19,599 nucleotides of DNA from Candidatus Thorarchaeota archaeon (GTDB lineage Archaea; Asgardarchaeota; Thorarchaeia; Thorarchaeales; Thorarchaeaceae). The stretch's first letter is position 1; each line of letters opens with the position of its first letter. Positions 8,201 through 14,200 of the stretch are shown here, piece by piece. The stretch spans positions 1 to 19,599 of the forward strand of contig JAEOUG010000042.1 in assembly GCA_016839445.1 (NCBI GenBank). Reading direction: 5' to 3'. The position numbers and the translations under genes were made by a program. Below the pieces are notes generated by a model. The model saw only the letters and a program-made list of their open reading frames with translations. It made no database searches and was not told the DNA's origin.

Positions 8201-11200
8201 AGCACGTAGTAGCGATAGCGAGCGTACATGTAGTCAGTATCGTCGGCGTTTGTCAGCACAGGAGTCGCTGTGTTGATCGGAACCTCGTTAGGAGCGGCAG
8301 ACCAGACGGCAAGTCTAGTATTGACAGTGAATGCTGTTATCCCGTAGGCCGTTTCAGATGTGATGATGCTCACCGTGTACTCATAGGCAACATCAGTACC
8401 CACATCGACGAAGAGTGAGAGATTAGTGTCCGTGAAGGAATGCCACCACGTGCTGTTTCGAATGACCACAACCTGATACGTAGAACAGACTGAGTCATCA
8501 TAGTCGAAGGTCACGGTGAGAGTGAAGTTGGCCTGAACTCCGTTTACGAGAGATGGGTCATCAACACCAACAGAGATGATGAGACGATCCCAGATTATGG
8601 TCTGAGAGAAGGCGTTCTGGTCAATGGCACTGATACCGTATGTGTTGCCAGAGGCACTCACTGCGTTGAATAGAGCGGATGACACTGAGGCATTCGACAC
8701 AGAGATGCGCCATAGACCACCACCCTGATGAGATGCCGCTTCACCATTGATCAGGACAGACCCTGTTGTGACGGGGGAACTGTCGTAGAGAGACACCAGT
8801 GTGACATCCAGATCCACTGTGTCTCCGATGTTCACACGACCATCAGAAACAGAAGAGGATTGGACCTGAATCTGGTCCCACACAATGGCCACGCTCTGCC
8901 CATTAAGGTCGAGGAGTGTGATGCCATGGACTGTACTGATGCTTGAATTGACGAAGTAGGCCCAAGCGCCAACTGACAACTGGCTGACCTGCAGCTCGAA
9001 CCAGGAGTTACCCGCATCCCAAGTCATCGCTGAACCATCAAGGGTCACTGAGTCTGCCGAACCAAGGAATGTGCCATCGTACTCGTGCCAGACTGTGACT
9101 CGCACTTCAGCACTGGTGCTAATGTCAATCCGAGAGTCATCCGCAACTGTGGTCTGCACAACTAGGCGGTCCCAGACAACCGCGACATTCTGGGAGTTAA
9201 GGTCTAGGGCGGTGATTCCGTAGGTCGAGTCAGCTGTTGCGTTCACGAAGTAGAGCCAACTGCCTACCGATGCCTGTGAAACCAGAAGCTCAAACCACGA
9301 GTTGCCTGCGTCATAGGTCATGAGTGAACCATCAAGAGCCACGCTGTCAGCTGCACCCAAGAGAGTGCTATCATAGGCGAGATACAGAGTCACTCTGATC
9401 TCCGCGTTGTCCCCAACGTTGACCCGATAGTCGTCAGCAGCTGTTGTCTGAACCACAATCTGGTCCCAGATGACCTCCACGAATATGCCATTCATGTCCA
9501 GCGCAGTGATTCCATATGTGGACTCAATCGATGAATTGACGAAGTATCTCCACAATCCGACAGAGGACTGCAGGGCACTGTACTCCCACCAGGAGTTGGC
9601 TCCGTCCCAAGACATGGCGCTGTCCTCGAGAGTGACTGTGTCTCCTGCTCCAAGGTATTCGTGATCGTATGCAAGCCAGAGAGTCACACGGATCTCTGTA
9701 GACGTGGTCACATCTACACGCCCATCGGTGACTGCTGTTGTCTGAACGACAATCTGATCCCAGATAACAGAAGCACTCATGCTGTTGACATCCAGACTCG
9801 TGATGCCGTAGGTTGCCTCGGAGCTGGAGTTGACGTAGAAAGCCTGTAGTCCAACATCTGAGAGGGATACAGCAAGCTCAAACCAGGAGTTGCCGAAGTC
9901 CCATGTCATTGATGTGCCGTTCAGAGAAACGGAGTCGCCCGATCCCAGGAATGAACTGTCATAGGCAAGCCAGAGAGTCACACGGATCTCCACGCTATCA
10001 CCGACGTTTGTTCTCGTATCGCTAGCCACGGTCGTCTGTACCACAATCTGATCCCAGATCACATCCTGACTCATGGCACTCTGGTCCACCTGAGAGAGGC
10101 CGTGAGTGCCACCCGAGTATGCAACCGTATCGTAAGTGACCAGCTGAACGCTGGACTTCATGTCAGTGAATCGCCAGACCCCTCCACCCTGATGAGTAGC
10201 GGAGAGTGTGTTGACAGTGACTGTGCCGTCAGTTACGGGGCTCGAGTCGTACTCGTATAGGAGCTCGACATCAATGGTAGCCGTGTCACCAATGTTGATT
10301 CGAGGATCAACGGCCGTGTATACTTGCACCTGAACTCTATCTGAGATGTAGCTGGACTGGGTTGCTGACTCCAGCAGACTCGTGCCACCGCTACCAGCGG
10401 ACTCCGCTACGGCCTTGATGGTTAGGTTGGCCAGAATGACCGAGTTGGCGGCGTAGGCGGTCAGACTGAACTGACCTGAGCTAAGTGTCAAGTCACTCCA
10501 CGGTCCGACATTTGTGCCGTAGGCGTCACTAGAGACCCAGACGTCAGTCTCGTTAGACAACGGGAAGTCGTCACCTGAGCCATAGTAGATCACTGTGCCA
10601 GATACAACGAAAGAGCCATCGAGAGGCCCTCTACCAGCAGTCCCTGAGCCATCATCGACCGTGAGTCCTGTTATCTCAAGCCGAGTCTCTACGTCCCAGT
10701 TGGACTCGTAGTAGTCCTCTACTCCGACTGTACCGTCATTCACGTACTGGTGCATGTCGACATCCACGAGATCTGGATGATCCCAGTCGACCTTGATGGC
10801 CCATGTGATGTCTAAGTCATTCCCGACCATGACAGCGGAACATGAGCCAAGAGCTATGTAGCTTGCTCCTGCCTGGATGCTGAAGGTTCCGCCAGCAACA
10901 GTGTATCTGACTGTCCAGAAAGCGAAGGTTCTAGCGTTATCGTACATGGAGAACTCCACGTATTCGATATCAGCATAGCCATCCGCGTCTGACACGTTGC
11001 TTGTGATGATATAGTATCTGTACCTGGCGTATAGATTGTCCGTGTCATCGGCGTTGATTAGCACGGGCTCCGCGTCGTTGACAGGTGCGATGTTGGCCGC
11101 TATGGACCAAGTCACCTGGCGGCTATTGGAAGTGAAGGCAGTCACACTGAACGTGCCTTCAGAAGTGACAATGGCCACCGTGTATGTGTAAGTCATATCT

Positions 11201-14200
11201 GAATTTGTGTCCACGAATCCTGATTTGTTGGAGTCCGTGAAGGAGTGCCACCATGTACCGTTACGGTACACCACAACCTGATAGGTTGTGCATGCGGCAT
11301 CGTCATAGTCGAAAATCACGGCCAGAGTGAAGTTGGCCTGGACTCCGTTTGTCGGTGACGGATTGTCCACACCAATAGTAATCACAAGCTGGTCCCAGAT
11401 GACGGACACGCTCTGGCCATTCTGATCGATGCTGGAGATTCCGTATGTGTTGCCAGCTGCAGAGACCGTGTTGTATAGGTTCCCAGTCACCGTTGATTCG
11501 GAGTCGGAAGCTCTCCAGACACCCAATCCTATGTGGGTTGCTGAAATGCCGTTCACGGTGACCGTGCCGTCGGTCACCGGGCTATCGTCGTAGTCATAGT
11601 ACAGTGTCACGTCGATGTTGACCGCATCGTTAATGCTAACGCGACTGTCTGAAACTGAGTAGCCCTGCACCTGAACCCTGTCCCAAATGACCTCCTGCGT
11701 CTGAGAGTTCTGGTTGACCGAGGTGATGCCAAGAGTGTTACCTGAGCACACGACAAGGTTGTAGGTGTTCATAGTGACAGCAGACTCGGTGTCAGTAATC
11801 CTCCAGACACCAGATCCCTGGTGAGATGCTGAGATGCCATTAATGGTAACAGAGCCATCTGTGACCGGAGCGTCATCGTACTCGTATTCTAGGGTCACTT
11901 CAATGGTGGCTGCATCATTGATGTTCACGCGCGCATCTGTGGCACTATAGGACCGGACCGCAATCTCATCCCAGACTACCTGCTGGCTCTGACCATTCTG
12001 ATCTACAGAGTCTATGCCGTGCAGGTTCCCGGAGGCAGCCACTGTGCTATAGGTGTTGGCCCAGACTGAGGCCTCTGTGTCACTGAACTGCCAGACACCA
12101 CCCGAGATGTGAGTGGCAGTCAGACCGTTCACTGTAACTGTGCCGTCGGTGATGGGGTTGTCATCATAGTCATAGATTAGTGTGACATTAACATCCACAC
12201 TTGCTCCGATGTTCACACGAGCATCTGCAACTGCGTAGCCCACAACCTGCACTCGATCAAAGATAACATCGACCGACTGGGAGTTCTGGTCGACTGCACT
12301 GATTCCATGCAAGTTGCCTGAACAGCTGACTAGATTGAATGTGACCAGCTGCACAGAACCACGAGTGGCCGTGATGTTCCATATACCAGACTGGAGATGC
12401 GTCGCGCTGTTGCCGTTGATGAGAACGGACCCATCGGTGACGGCTGCATCATCATAGTCATAGATCAGAGTCACGTTGACATCCACGTTGTCATTGATAC
12501 TAGTTCTAGTGTCAGAAACAGAATAAGACACAACGACTACCTGATCCCAAATGACATCCTGCGAAAGGGAGTTCTGGTCTACAACTGAGATGCCGTAGGT
12601 ATTGGCCGAGCAAGCAACCGTGTCATAAGTCACAAGTTGCACCGCAGCCTGCGAGTCTTGAATCCACCAGACTCCAGAGCCGAGGTGATTAGCAGCCTCG
12701 CCGTTGATTGTGACGACTCCGTTTGTCACAGGACTGTCATCATAGTCATAGTAGAGCATCACTTCGATGTTCACAGCTACGTTCACGTTGACTCGGTCAT
12801 CGACGACTGAGTAACCCTGGACCTGGACCCGGTCCCAGATGACCTGTTGAGTCTGCCCGTTCTGGTCAACTGCAGTGATACCGAGGGAGTTCCCAGAGCA
12901 GGCAACTGTATCGTAGGTGTTGGCAATCACTGAAGACTCGGAGTCACTAATCCTCCAGACACCGGACCCCTGATGGACTGCTGAGATTGTGTTAATGGTG
13001 ACAGACCCGTCTGTGACAGGTGAGTTGTCATAATCGTAGTAGAGGGTGACGTCCACATTCACTGAGTCACCGACATTGACCCGGTTGTCTAGAACCGTGT
13101 AGGACTGGACCTGAACACGGTCCCATATCACATCAGTTGATTGGCTGTTCTGGTCTACTGCGGTGATGCCAAAGGTATTGCCAGAGCAGGCGACTGTGTC
13201 GTAGGTGACAAGCTGAACAGAGCTCTGACTGTCCGTGGTCTGCCAGACACCTGAACCCACATGAGTCGCGGAGAGGCTGTTGATAGTAACAGATCCATCT
13301 GTGACAGGTGTGCTGTCGTAGACGTACAGAAGTGTGACGCTCACATCGACGTTGACATTGAGGCCGACTCTATTGTCAGTGGTAGAATAGGATTGAACCT
13401 GTATCTGATCCCAGATTACTGATACACTCTGGGAGTTGAGATTGAGAGCAGTGATACCGTAAGTGGCCTCGGTTGTTGAGTTCACGTAGTACAGCCAGAC
13501 ACCGACTGAGGCCTGTGAACGCGTAAGGTCGAACCAAGAATTGGTGCCATCCCAAGTCATGGCAACGCCATCCAGAGTGACAGAGTCGCCGGCTCCAAGG
13601 GGTGTACTATCGTATTCTAGGATGAGTGTGACCCTGATTTCTGCACTTGCGCTCACATCGACGCGGCCATCGTCGACAAGGGTGGTCTGGACAACGATTC
13701 TGTCCCAGATAACCGAAGTTAACTGCCCGTTCTGGTCGACGGAGGTGATGCCTTCAGTGTTTCCAGAGCAGGCAACTGTATTGTACGTAACCGACTGAAC
13801 TGTGCCTCGGGTCTGAACGACGCGCCAGACCCCCAGTCCTTGGTGGGTAGCGCTGAACCCATTAATGGTCAGACTGCCGTCAGTGACGGGTGTGCCATCA
13901 TAGGCGTACTCAACTGTGACATCCACGTTCACATTGGCGTCTACGTTGGCTCTTGCATCAGATACTGAATATGAGTCTACCAGCACCTGGTCCCAGACCA
14001 CTTGCTGGCTCTGCCCGTTTTGGTCGACAGAGGTGATGCCCTCTGTGTTTCCAGAGCAAGCTACAGTGTCATACGTGACTGATTGGACTGTGCTCTGACT
14101 CTGGACGATGCGCCAGACCCCCAATCCTTGGTGGGCAGCGCTGAACCCATTGATGGTCAGACTGCCATCAGTGACGGATGCGCTGTCATAGGCGTATTCG